Assembly: GCF_000485595.1 (NCBI RefSeq)
Contig: NW_014577064.1
Coordinates: forward strand, 6,605 to 47,702
Direction of reading: 5' to 3'
Source: Priapulus caudatus
Lineage: Eukaryota
DNA: 41,098 bases
The position numbers and the translations under genes are program-made. Shown piece after piece: positions 12,813 to 26,493 of the stretch (position 1 is its first letter; each line of letters starts with the position of its first letter). The notes under the pieces are model-generated. The model saw only the letters and a program-made list of their open reading frames with translations, was not told where the DNA came from and searched no databases.

Positions 12813-14257
12813 AAAGATAGTAAATATATAGGTACATATCGTACAACGAGGAATATCAAATATAAATATAGGTGTATTTTTATTAATATGTTCGCTGCAC
12901 TCAAGATGGAGTGTGTTTCTCTAATCCACTCCGCAGTTGCTGTTCATTAACTCTGCCTGCTCGCTTTAATTTCGCTAATAAAGAGTAAGCGCCGCTCGGC
13001 GGTGCTCGGTGTCACACGGACAGCTATAGACAGATATTACACAGGTGCAAGTAATCAGACCAAGTAACCTAGCTGTCTGCGACTTGTGACGCTCTGTTTG
13101 TCTCTCTTCCTCTCGATCTTTCTCTCTTATTCTCCCTCTCCCTCCCTCCTACGCTCTTTCTCTTTCTGCTACAACACACATATATATATATATATATATG
13201 ATATATATATATAATATGTATATATAGAGAGAGATAGATATATAGATAGATATATAAATATCGCTTTCTTTTCCCCTTTCGGCTCCCTCTCTCTGTCACA
13301 CTCGTTCACGATCTCTGAACATTGGGGTAATTTTTTTCCCAATGCCCATAAATGGTAGTCTGCATGCAGCGAACGAGCGTGTGTTCGTAGGTTTGGGTGT
13401 AAATTGCAGTAAGTGTGAGTACATGCAAGCGTCAGTCGGGTGCCTATGTGAGAGTGAGTTGAGGTCAGGTGTGGGTTGTGTGCTTGTTTGTCTGTGCTTG
13501 TTTGTCTGTGCGTGTGTGCGTGCGCGTGTGTGTGCGTGCGTGCGTGCGTGCGCGTGTGTATGTGATGTGTCTGATAACATACTGTGAGTGTTAGTAACAA
13601 CGATGTGTAAATGTAAGTACTTGGTAGTTGCGACCGGGTGTGAGTCACGATCACTCGCCTCACTATATACATACGAGTGCGATTACTTGATGAGCGAACA
13701 GTCAATGTATGCAAACCCAGCCTTGTTCTTGCATCCCTGAAGTGAGAGCCGAGCATACAGACGGAGCTGAGCGATCGGCCACGCCGCAAATAACACGAAG
13801 CGCAAATATTAGTTCATCAGCGAAACATTTCCGGAAACTAGTTCACGTACGTTATCATTCTATTAGATCGTATAATCTGTGCTAGGCGCAAAATTGCCGC
13901 GGGCGCGTGCAGCCGCGCGGGAGCTAAACCCATCGCGATGTCTCCATATTATATAGCTATTAGTGCGTAATTGACAAATGTTATGCCACGTCTACCACTG
14001 CCACTCGCGACGTGGTTATATCAGAAAATCGTAGAGGCGACTGGCGCGAAAAATAGCAAGTAATGTGCGACAATGTGATTAGTTTGAATGTAATTATTGC
14101 TTTTCCGTCGAGTAAATAGCGGCACCGACATTTAATGGAATGGAAAAATAGCAGCGCATTTCGCTCGGCTCGCCCGCCGTTGTAGGGCGCTGTTGTCGCG
14201 AGAATATTGCGGCATGATTTCGCCGTCGGCATTGCGGCGTGAGCAGACACGAACACT

Positions 14258-15340
14258 AGGAGTTACAGACACGGACAGTAGGAGTTACAGACACGGACAG
14301 TAGGAGTTACAGACACGGACAGTAGGAGTTACAGACACTGACAGTAGAGTTACAGACACGGACAGTAGGAGTTACAGACACGGACAGTAGGAGTTACAGA
14401 CACGGACAGTAGGAGTTACAGACACGAACAATAAGAGTTACAGACACGGACAGTAGAGTTACAGACACGAACAGTAAGAGTTACAGACACTGACAGTAGA
14501 GTTACAGACACGGACAGTAGGAGTTACAGACACGAACAATAAGAGTTACAGACACGGACAGTAGAGTTACAGACACGGACAGTAAGAGTTACAGACACGG
14601 ACAGTAGGAGTTACAACAGCACGAACAAGTAAGAGTTACAGACACGGACAGTAGTAGTTTAGCAGGCATCCGGACAGTAACGGTTACACGACATCGGACA
14701 GTAAGCGGTTAAGCACGGAACAGCATAGAGTTTAGCAGACATTGGACGGACAGTTAAGAGTTATGGACAGCGGAACATAGCGTTACAGAGCACTGATCGT
14801 AACGTTACTGACACAACAGTAAGAGTTACAGACAACGGACAGTTAGGAGTTGCAGGATCACGGAGCAGTAGAGTTAGAACGGACAGTAGGAGTTACAGAA
14901 CGGACGTAAGAGTTACAGACAACGGAGCAGTAAGAGGTGTTTACAGACGACGGACAGCAGAGTACAGACAGCGGAGCAGTAGCGTTACAGACACGGTGAC
15001 AGTTAAGAGTTACAGACACGGCAGTAGAGGTTCCAGACACGGGACAGTAAGAGTTAGCAGACACGGACAGTGAATGAGTTTATCAGACACTGGACGTCAG
15101 AAGTTACAGAACGGTACAGAGCTTATCAGACACGGACAGTAGCGTTAGCAGACACGGACAAGTAGAGTTACATGACACGGCAGTAGGAAGTTACAAGACA
15201 CGACATACGAGTTCCGAGACACGAACAGTAATGAGTTTTTATATGACATACGACAGCAGAGTTGAGCAGCACGGGACAGTAGCGTTAAACAGTACCGAAC
15301 AGTAAGAGTTACAGAGCACTGGAATTTTAGTAGAGTAGTT
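14258..15340. repeat. 22-bp minisatellite array (~1.1 kb)
   Basis: Unit AGGAGTTACAGACACGGACAGT (copies at 14258 and 14280), with 21-bp and ACGAACAATAAG variants. Degrades after ~14610. Confidence 0.95.
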
Positions 15341-15454
15341 ACAAACACAAACAGGGAGAGGTACATGACAGGAGAGTTATAGAGCGTACATCTCTGTAAC
15401 CTTGCTGCATGTCACATGCGGGGTCACACGGGAGCTACGTTATAGTGCGCATAT

Positions 15455-15856
15455 ATTCTCTCTCTCTCTCTATCTCTATCTCCTGCTCGTCCCTTCTCTC
15501 TCCGTCTCGTCTTCTCTCTCGTCTCTTTTCTTCTTCTTCTCTCTCTTCTCTCTCTCTCTCTGCTCGCTCTCATTCTTCTGTCTCTGTTCTGGCTTTTCGT
15601 CTCTCTCTCTCTTCTCGTTCTCTGCTTCTCTCTCATCTCTTTCCTCTCTCTCTCTCTCCCTCTCCCGCTTCTCATTCTCGTCTGTCTCTGTCTCTGGCTC
15701 TCTCTCTCGTCTCTCTCCTCTCTCTTTCTCCTCTCTCTCTCTCTCTCTCTCTCCTCTCTCTTCCTCTCTCCGGCTCTCTCTCTCTCTCTCTCTTTTCTCG
15801 CTCTCTGCTCTCTGGCTGCTCTTCTTCTCTCTCTCTCCTCTATTCTCTCTCTCTCT
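15455..15856. repeat. Degenerate (CT)n tract
   Basis: CT-rich low-complexity sequence. Confidence 0.9.
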
Positions 15857-17603
15857 TATAAATATAGATGTATATATATTATATTTATAGATACGGATAG
15901 ATAGACGCGAAAGATTGTGCTCGAAGGTGACTTCGTTAATTAGACTTATTTGTGAAGAAACCCTCGTTCGTCTGGCAAACCCTCTACCGCTTTATACGAG
16001 CATTGACGTATATGTTACGGCTCTGGGCCGCGTATAAGTTAAAGTGTGTAATATGCCGAGCGCTTTTTCGAAGACCGGAATCAGCGAAGAATGCTAGCGT
16101 GACAGATTTAAACTCGCACCCGCGCTTATTCGAAGCTCGAAAGTCAGAAATCGTTGTACGGTGCTGAACAGATTAGCATGTCGTGTATTTAGCGGGGTCG
16201 AGCTACCATCCCATACAGCTGCGAGATTTAGAGAATATGCAAAGAGGGAAGGCGGCCGGGGGGATAACCCGGAGAGAGAAGAACAGTGGAGAATTGTGAG
16301 AGCGAGTGTGACCAGTGAGAAGGGCGAAAGGGAATAAAGTAAAGTATATTGATCGTGATCGGGTATGGGTTGATATTGTATTTATGCTATCTAGACTAGT
16401 GCTATTTATCTATGCGTACGGTATGCTGATCTATGCTATTTATTCGTATCTTTCTATCTATCATGTTAGTTCTATCTATCGCTATCTATCTATTCTAATC
16501 GTATGCTATCTATCTATTCTAGTTATCTGATTCTATCTATCTATCTATTACAATCTATCCTATCTATCAAATTCTATTTATCTATCTATCTATCTATCTA
16601 CTCTAGTCTATCTATCTATGTTAGTATATCTAGTTATGTTATAATATATAGTATATATATATATAGTAAGGGTATAGTATATATACTAGATAGGATAAAT
16701 GATATGTGTAATAGTTATAGAATCATATACATATATAGAGAGAGAGATGGGGAGGGAGAGAGAGAGATAGAGAGAGAAAGAATGAGAAAGCAAGCATCAG
16801 ACATGCCAAAACGCTTTGTGAAGAATTGTTCCGCCTCACCCAACGCACGTTCTCGTCGGCCACACAACCACGGAGAAAAATTGACAGAGACAGAGACAGA
16901 GAAGAGGAAAAGAGACGGATGAAGAGGAGAGAGTGTTGGAAATTAGGGTATACGCAGCGACACTAGGACGCTTTCCCCTAAACGTTAGCAGTTCTCACTC
17001 CCATCTTCATCACACGCCATAAGATGCGTCTCCCCACAAGTCTATATGATGGCAACGCATTAAAACTACACAATACAAGTAGCGACGGTTGTCGCGTTGC
17101 AATGACCAGCCCACCCCCCACCCCCGAAAAATAACCAGCACCAAAACATTGTCATATTAAACTTTTCTACTAGCTGAGTTTCCTATGAAGCTAACCAACA
17201 AGGCTTCCTTCCTGACGCAAACGTCGTAGATAAGTCGTAAATCGAGGCGCACTTCAGAGTCCCGCCAGCGGCATTCAGTCATCTACAGCTTTATCAATCA
17301 ATCTGAAAATTTCCCCTTCGCGGAGAATTCCCCCGAGGAACCGCGGAGATGTACGGTTCACTCTAGCGCAGTCTGAATACGGCAAAAATTGCTTTAGCGC
17401 AACAGAAGGGCATCTAAACACGATTCGTGAGCGTGTGACGTGGTCGGCTGTTTTACAGCCATGCGTGTGAAAACTGCGGGCGACTGCGAACCCGCGTGCA
17501 TACCGGCGAACTCGTGCGGACGACACTCACTTAGATCAAAGGCCCGCCGGCGTTTCCCGCTGATTCACGAATGTAGGTGTGATGAGGAGTGCAGACCCCG
17601 CGA

Positions 17604-17639
<36 letters not shown>

Positions 17640-17787
17640 CGCGCTCTTTTTCTCGCACTGTCCTTCTTCCCATGCTTTCTCTCTCTTCCTCTTTCTCACT
17701 CCTTCTTTCTCTCTCACACACTCTTTCGATATGCCGCTTTCATTCTCTCTCTCACTCGCTCCTTCTTTCTTCCTCCGCCTCCTCCTC

Positions 17788-17823
<36 letters not shown>

Positions 17824-18528
17824 GTGAAATCTCGCGTCTCACGCGTGCAAGCATCGTAAAGGGCATTGCCGTCCATTTCGCCCGGCTATAACAAAAGGTT
17901 CAAGCGAGATGACCGTACATCGTCTGCTTCGTATATCGCCTGTAGAGAGAGGCTAGAGATAAAGCGAGAGAAGCGAAGTAAAGGCCAATGTGAGAGCGGC
18001 AAATGGAGATGATGGGGAAACGCGGAGCGAGAGGCGAGAAAATGGCGTGTGTGGAAGTGTGTTGTGACATACGCAAATATAGGCAGAGACAGAGAAAGAG
18101 AGAGAGAGAGAGAAAGGAAGAGTGATACAAGGTGAGAGGCGTGCAGATTCTATCAGTGTTATTCCACGCAATAGCGTCTGTCTCGTGCAATGCTCCATTT
18201 TGTTTTCCTATACGGTACCCGTCTCTCGTACCGATAGAGCTCCAGTTATGTAATAGCATAGTTTATAAGCCTCTGGCGGAGAACCCTCATTCACCTATTG
18301 GTTACTAACATATTTCTTTTACAAAGGTTTGCGAAATAAAACATTGCCATTCTCGCCAATCAGCGCATGAATCTTTCGGTGAATCGCAATGGATAATCGA
18401 ATTGATTTGCTGCTTCGATAAGCTAAACAGTATACTAGCCATCTTCATTATATAACTATATTCCGTGAATAATAGTGTAGCCGATTTTCTCTCGCTATTT
18501 GTTTCATTCTCTTTCGGTCTCGCGGGCT

Positions 18529-18529
<1 letters not shown>

Positions 18530-18592
<63 letters not shown>

Positions 18593-18602
18593 NNNNNNNN
18601 NN
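18530..18602. other. (CT)n run ending at a 10-N gap (18593-18602)
   Basis: Seen directly in the sequence. Confidence 0.95.
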
Positions 18603-18989
18603 AATAAACAAGAGAGACGAGTAAGGCGTGGAAGGGAGACGAAGAGCGTTTAGGAAAAAACGAGAATTACAAAGGTGAGCGTGTGGCGCATAGCGGCGTG
18701 CGATGGTTTGAATGGGGTGTGTGCTTGCGTGCGTGTGTGCGTTCGGCGTGCTTCGCGTGCGTTGTGTAATGGGAGATCTCGTTAGACCCGCGGACTATAT
18801 TTAATTAAACCGCAGGTATTACATCACCTTGGTAGAGTTAAGCTTATAATAGTGATCAGCGATCGAAGCGACGATGCTGATAATGGTGGTTTCATAACAG
18901 TTCATCACTCGGTGACAAGGGTCACGTCACGTTCTCGTATACTTATCTGGGCGAAGAGCCTCGGCCGAAGTAACCGACGCCACACAGAG

Positions 18990-19114
18990 ATATGATAGAT
19001 AGATAGATTGAATGGATAGATAGGATAGCATAGATAGATAGATAGATGATAGATAGGATAGATTAGATAATAGATAATAGATAGATTAGATAGATAGATA
19101 GATAGATAATAGAA

Positions 19115-19156
<42 letters not shown>

Positions 19157-19205
19157 GCAGAATAATAGATGGCAAGAGAGAGAGAGAGACAGAGAGAGAG
19201 ACAGA
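18990..19205. repeat. (GATA)n then (GA)n microsatellite
   Basis: AGATAGATAGAT runs followed by GA repeats. Confidence 0.9.
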
Positions 19206-19892
19206 AGTGGCATAGGTAGAAACCTACCGACGTCGCAGGAAGGGTGAGCTAATATTAATACATGCGTATAAGGAGTGTAGATTAAGGGCAGCTAACGTTA
19301 AACCAAACAAGGATCATGCTGCAGGGTAAAGTAATGGCTTTCGACTAGTTGTTAATCACGCCGCTCATATTCTAAGCCGCAACTGCTATCGAAATTCACC
19401 GCAGCCGGTAAACACACTGAGACAATCGCGTCTGGCCAGAGGTGCTTAGCAGGCCGATGATCCCGCTGCGTCTATTCACAGGCCGACTCATCATGGCGCA
19501 ACTCGGCGCTTAGCGGATGTGCCGTGCTGCTGTGACGATCAGCGTTTCACGAAGCGTCTCAAAATATCGGCCCGCGTTTCAGCGCCCACGTGCGTGGGCG
19601 TTTTAAGCGTCAGCAGTAGGCGGGTAGGATGAATGGTAATGCAATCCATCGAAGAATAACGAGAAACGGTCGCGGAATCTGTGATGAAGCAAAATAAAAG
19701 CGAGGCGGCTGATTGGCGCGTGAATGTCATGTGCGTTAGTCGCTCGCGACGTCGGCTCTGACCGCCATATTAGGCTAACAATAAGAGCTACCCCGTGAGA
19801 TAATCTGTACTATGAGAGGCAATATTGTCAAATTGTGGTAGCCGCAAAGTGAAGCAAATTAGAAAATACTTCATGTTCGTTGATCTCGACGG

Positions 19893-19901
19893 CACACACA
19901 C

Positions 19902-19936
<35 letters not shown>

Positions 19937-20760
19937 CACTACGCACACGCACACCGCACAGAGCACACGCACACGCACGCAGCACGCACAACGCACAACC
20001 ACACGCACAACACACAGCCACACGCACACGCACACAGCACACGCACACGCACACACACACACACGCCACACGCACACACATCTACCACACACACACAGAA
20101 CACAACACACACACACACACGCACCACTGCAGTCACGCACACCGTCACACGCACAACGCAGCACGCACACCGCACACGCACACAGACGCCACGCACACAC
20201 AACATTTATATATATATAGATATATATACATATGTTGTCCTCCTCCTCGTTTGTTATACCTTTCATTATCAAATCTATATTAGTTGTCAATAATTCCTTC
20301 CAATATTTTTATTCTTTATTACTGTATCTATTGCCGATTAACCTATTATGCTATTATCTATTATCTATTATGCTAATTATCTAATTACATTATCTAATTA
20401 TCTATTATCTAGTACTATTATCTATTATCTAATCTATATATTTTGGTTAGTGTAATGTATCTTATTAGTCTATATCTAATTATCTATTCTACATATTATC
20501 TATATCTATTATCTAGCTATTATCTATTACTATATATCTATTATCTATTATCTATTATCTCAAATATTTGTTATCTAATTATCTATGCTATCTATATCTA
20601 TTATCTATATTAATCTATATCTATTACTAGTTATCTATTATGCTATATCTAATATTTTGTTATCTATTATCTATTATCTAATATTATCTATTACTATTAT
20701 CTATTTATCTATTATCTATTCATATACTATTATTAATTTTCTATTACCGATTATGCTAAT
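19893..20760. repeat. (CA)n/(CACG)n tract followed by an AT-rich (TATCTAT)n degenerate tract
   Basis: CA-rich at ~19893-20203 and TATTATC/TATCTAT-rich at ~20340-20760. Confidence 0.85.
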
Positions 20761-21571
20761 TTACCATCTCATTCGAAATCTCTCGTCGCGCGCTCTCACT
20801 CCCCTCTTCGCTCTCGCACCAGCCTTGATCTCTCATGCCTTGCTCTCGTAATTTGCCTCTCGTCATACACACAAACTCTCTCTCGCGCGGCGTATTGCGT
20901 CCTCCTCATCGCTCTTCTTTCTCTCTCACGCAGACACCATCTCTCCTCCCATTCGCCTCTCTCTCTCAAATTTAGCTCTTTATTTATTTTGTTGTTTCTC
21001 TCTACTATCGGCATCTGTGTAAAGCGTTCCTCTCTGCCCGCCACACACATTCATTTCGCTTTCGCTCGTCAGTGTCGCGCTCTCTCTAACATTCGTTCTT
21101 CTAATATTGAAATAATTGCGCGTTGAAATAAAAAAAACAGTTGGCGCAAAAGTGTGCATATAGGCGTGGATGTTAGCAGGTGGCTACACATCGAAAACCT
21201 CCTGTTCGGTAATTAGATATTCTAAATGGTGAAAGCCAAACGGATCTGATTAACTCTTTGTTTGCAGCATTAGTAATAGCATTCATAATACGACAGCAAG
21301 ATAGATAATGGCTAATAGTCCTCTCCCAGTAAGGAGGGCGAGGACGAAGGGCGAGCCGATAGGAGAACATAGAGCGAGAGAGAGAGAGAGAGAGAGAGAA
21401 GAGAGAAGAGAGAGAGAAAAAGACACAGAGAGATAGTGAGAGCGGAATAAGAAAGAGAGAGCGGGAGAAAGAGAGTAATATAGAGAGAGCGGAATAAGAG
21501 AAAGAGAGCGGGAAGCGAGAGAGACAAGAAAGATATATAGCATTATATATATATATAATATATATAGAAGA

Positions 21572-21604
<33 letters not shown>

Positions 21605-21607
21605 GAT

Positions 21608-21660
<53 letters not shown>

Positions 21661-21834
21661 AACACACACAAACGCACACGCGCATACACATACGCGTGTG
21701 TATTTACACATACATACGTACGCACAGCCGCACCGCACCGCCGATCTAACAACCGCATTACAGTTAAAGATGGGCTCGTTAACGAAGAGTACTAGCGATA
21801 GTCTCTTAAGCCAGCTGCAGCTGGTCGGATGGGA

Positions 21835-22017
21835 ACGCACGCACTGTGCACGCACGCCCTGAGCGTGTGCACGCACGCCCTGAGCGTGTGCACGCACGCA
21901 CTATGCCCGCACGCACGCACGCACTGTGCACGCACGCACTGTGCACGCACACCGTGAGCGTGTGCACGCACGCACGCACTGTGCACGCACGCCGTGAGCG
22001 TGTGCACGCACGCACGC
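21835..22017. repeat. (GCAC)-derived compound minisatellite
   Basis: GCACGCACGCCCTGAGCGTGT (21 bp) units alternate with GCACGCACGCACTGT units. Confidence 0.8.
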
Positions 22018-22463
22018 CTAATTGAGTAACCGCGCCGTGTCTTACCTATAGGCACTCACTCATACATCGTTTATATGACGACAATCAAACTCTACAGTGA
22101 ATAACGGCCGCGCTCAAACCGAGACGAGCTGATCCTGATGCGGCTCCATGCGACTTCGACGTCATTTTCTTCGGCGCGACATTGATACGGCCAATAATTA
22201 ATCTACATATTCATATATATATATATACTCAATTAGTAGTAAAGCGCTGATAGGTCGAAGGTGCATGCAGCGACAGAATAGTAATAGATGAGCGTATTAC
22301 GCGTTCGTAAACACATAATAGCTTAATAATACAGACAACGCCGTGTCACGTAATGCATATATTAAGTAGGAGAGGTGTACGGCCGCGCCAACACGGGCAT
22401 CTCGAACAGAGGCTACGAACGTGCTAATTAATGCGTACGCCCGAGTACCACCGACCGAAGTGC

Positions 22464-22562
22464 TTTCTATCTCGTTGTATCTTAACCCCACTCTTTCTCT
22501 CTCGTTGTATCTTACCCCCACTCTTTCTATCTCGTTGTATCTTACCCCCACTCTCTCTATCT
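22464..22562. repeat. 30-bp tandem repeat, ~3 copies
   Basis: Unit TTTCTATCTCGTTGTATCTTA(A/C)CCCCACTC. Confidence 0.9.
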
Positions 22563-23289
22563 CTCTCTTGCTTTCTCTTTCTCTCTCTCTCTCGCGCTCT
22601 CTCTCTCTCTCTTGCTAGTACACACTCACGCACACGCGCAGCTACACGCACACGCACATACACACGCACAGACACATGCGCACAGATACACGCGCACAGA
22701 CACACATACGCGCGCACACGCGCACACTGACAAACCAAACCGGCAGACGGACACACACGCACACACACATACACAGGAACAGACACAGAAACAGACACAG
22801 ACACGGACACGGACACGGACACGGACACAGACACAGACACAGACAAGGACACAGACACAGACACAGACACAGACACAGACACATACATACATGGCGGAAT
22901 CTCCTCAAATATTAACTCGCAAGATAGGTAAAAGTTATGGTGAAGGCCATGCCCATCCATGCCATGTCATGCCATGGCCCACGCGCTATCATACGCTCTA
23001 CCGCTCAACCGCCGACACGTCTGGCGGGAACCGCGTTGTACTAGCAGCCGATAGTTCTAACTCGCTCGTCTGTGAATGCGCCTTACCATTAACACTTATG
23101 ACGTCAGCTCTGAATTTTCGGGGGCAGATAAAGTAAAAAGTCTGATTATATGGAAAAAAAACTTGTGTCTATTTCAGTTTATTTAGTCTATATTCTGACT
23201 GGAAGATATTATAGATAAGATTATTCAGAGCAGAGTCACAAATTCTTGTCCTCACACGTAAGAACTTACGCAGGATACGGCCTAGTGTG

Positions 23290-23478
23290 AATTTATCTGT
23301 AACTACTACATATTCTTCACTCGTCATAGATTTACCTGTAACTACAACATATTCTTTACTCGTCATGGATTTACCTGTAACTACAACTTATTCTTTACAC
23401 GTCATGGAAATACCTGTAACTACAACATATTCTTTACACGTCATAGATTTACCTGTAACTACAACATATTCTTTACTC
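23290..23478. repeat. 39-bp minisatellite, ~5 copies
   Basis: Unit ATTTACCTGTAACTACAACATATTCTTTAC(T/A)CGTCAT(A/G)G, with copies at 23291, 23330 and onward. Confidence 0.93.
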
Positions 23479-23812
23479 CTCTTAGTGAGGAATATTTATC
23501 GATAACTAGAAAAACTTTCGTCTCGCGTCTGAGATTGACTAGTAACTGCTTACTATTCGTCTAACTTCACCGGTAGCTTTGGCCACGTTCTCGTCCCTTC
23601 TTCGGTGAAGCCTCGTCGATTGGTCGGCGCCTGTAATGTGTCGGTCGCTGATCGTGAGCGTAGCCGCGTCGGTGCCGACAAGCTACTGCAGCGACTTACA
23701 GCGGCCATTGTTTTCTCGTCGCACCACGAGGCCGCAATAAAACCAGAGAGCGCCAATTGCGCTCTAATGCGCTGTTATTACCGCCTTCAAGTTGAGTAGC
23801 TTGCGCGCTTTG

Positions 23813-23889
23813 TCTGCCTGCTTGCCTGCCCGCCTGCCTGCCTGCCTGCATGCCTGCCTGCCTGCCTGCATGCCTGCCTGCCTGCCTGT

Positions 23890-23924
<35 letters not shown>

Positions 23925-23984
23925 CCTCCCTGCCTGCTTGCCTGCCTGCTTGCCTGCTTGCCTGCCTTCCTCCTTTCCTGCTTG

Positions 23985-24044
<60 letters not shown>

Positions 24045-24112
24045 CCTCCCTGCCTGCCTGCCTACCTGCCTGCCTGCCTGCCTGCCTCCCTCCCTGCCTG
24101 CCAGCCTGCCTA
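23813..24112. repeat. (GCCT)n microsatellite
   Basis: ~300 bp of CCTG repeats. Confidence 0.97.
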
Positions 24113-25513
24113 CATGTCAGAGCTTAATTCGGCGGTGCGAGCTTGCTAATGACTGTCGAGCACAAAGCTGCGTGCGTTTAATCGCCGTGAAGACTCTACG
24201 TAACTCCCCGTAACGAGATAACGCCGTAAGAGCGATCGCTGGCGAAGCGTCTATACTCGCGCGTCCGGCTTGCCGGGAGATTTATATCAACGTATAGCAC
24301 TTACGCATCCCGTCCTCCCCTCGCCTACGCTTTCTTCTTCCCCGCTCCTATTCAGCCTCTCCTCATTTCCCCCCATCTGGTTCTCATTTACGTTCTCCTG
24401 ATTCTGTCCTTCGTCCCCCATCACAATTTTTTTTGTAACTCGTCTTCTTATCCTCTCCTCTCGTTTAACTTCTCCTCCGTTCGCCGCATCTTTCGGAAGG
24501 CGATTACGTCGCCGACGGCGATGATCGCGTGATCGTAAATTCTGTTTGGTGTTTTTCGCGTCGCTTGGCTTCAATTACGTCGCCGACGACCTTCTCCCTC
24601 GCGTCATGTATTGCGTCATTCGTCGCCCGCAACTATATTATGTCAGACGTTCTCTACAGAAGCAGCAGCCGCTTTGCTATGGGCCTTTGCCGCGAGCACT
24701 CACTCCATACTAGACTCTAGTTATTAGACGGGTCTCAAGTAAGTGCCATACCGCCGCTCGCTGGTCAGAAACGCGCGCAAAGCGCACGTCAGCGCGTCGC
24801 CAACTCCTCTCTCGAAGCTAAAATCGCTGATAAATCAGCGTCGGCACATCGTCGGCACATCGTCGGCACATCGATGCGTGAGTAACAGGAGGTCGCTGTG
24901 CTCACACGCGGGCGAGTCTGACACATGCACTGCCGACCTCTTCATCGGTATGTCATAGGTAGTAGTGTGTGTAGTAACGGTGCGAGATGTCACTGACTGC
25001 TGTCTTTCCGGCTTCACGAACCAACAAGTTGTCGGTATTGTCACGAGTTAGCAAAGACGCCACCTGGCGAGTCACAACTAACGCGATGCAACGTGGCATT
25101 GAAATCAGCTATAACTCTTGTATGTAATATTATAATAATACACTACACTATTACACCTATGTGTTATATCATATTAATACGCTACGTACGTGGTAGCACC
25201 TGTGTTTGATATTACACACCACACATTACACACCACATATGTGGTGTGTACACACCACCATATATTACACACCACACATTACACACCACATTGATATTAC
25301 ACACCACATAATATCATTTGTGTAACACGCTACGTTGTCACAGCTATGTATGATATTATAAATAAATAAATAAATAAATATATATATATTATATATATAT
25401 AATAATTGTATATACGCGTGCATACCGTGATATAGAATACGCTACACAATAACATCTGTGTAACACGCGCTACGCTGTTACAGCTATTTATAAAGCACGC
25501 TCCGTTTTTACAC

Positions 25514-26005
25514 TTGTGTATAACGTTAAACGCTGTACTGTCACACTTGTGTATAACGTTACATACTATACTGTCACAGGTGTGTATAACGTTACACGCT
25601 GTACTGTCACAGGTGTGTATAACGTTACACGCTGTACTGTCACAGGTGTGTATAACGTTACACGCTGTACTGTCACAGGTGTGTATAACGGTTAACGCTG
25701 TACGTACAGTGTCGTATAAACGTTACCACGCTGTACTGTCATAGGTGTGTATAACGTTAACACGCTCCGCTTTTACAAGTGTATAGATCGTTACACACTA
25801 TACTGTCACAGGTGTGTTGTATTGTACATTGCGTTCTAATTAACCAGTAGCGCTTATAGCCAGACAAGGCTGTGCGACTAATTGTCTATACTTCTAACCC
25901 TGGCAAGTATAGCGTTACACGCTCCGCTTTTACATGTGTGTATAACGTTACACGATATATTGTCACAGTGTGTTAAACGTTAATGCTATATTGTCACAGG
26001 TGTGT
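25514..26005. repeat. 33-bp minisatellite array
   Basis: Unit GTGTATAACGTTACACGCTGTACTGTCACAGGT. Degenerate copies extend upstream to ~25300, and the array is interrupted at ~25820-25905. Confidence 0.9.
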
Positions 26006-26493
26006 ACGCTACGCTATCGCATCTTCCATAATCCTCAAACTCCCCCCTTCATTACGCGGTTATTGTGTGAGTGATCTTCATGCAACAGTTGCCTAGTGCG
26101 CCCACGACATCTGATAAGTTCTTGAAACGTTTGCGCGGTTAATATTAGCAGCGCAAAGGGCTCCTGCGCCACTCACCGTCTTGAGATAATGGTTACCGCA
26201 GAGATTCTACCCACAGTACAATATTACTATTGACTCAAACACGCCGATGATGTAAAGAGCCACTAACCTACGCAAGACGACCAGTGAACCGCTTGCCATT
26301 TATCCCTCGCGCCCACATCCACATGTAAATATTATATATAATCAGGTAATGACCTCCCGAAGAAAACGTTTCCGATACCGTGCAAACAGTGGTCAGACAC
26401 GATATATTATGATAAATATTTTATAGATATTTCCCGCGTAAATGCGCAAACTATATAGTTGTGATGATCGCTGCCGCTTTATTTGGGATGCGG

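Noticed and set aside
25056..25072. CGCCACCTGGCG CTCF-like motif, plus YY1-like CGCCAT(C/G)TT motifs at ~9748 and ~36575
   Set aside because: Short motifs like these are expected by chance in 41 kb, and there is no supporting context.
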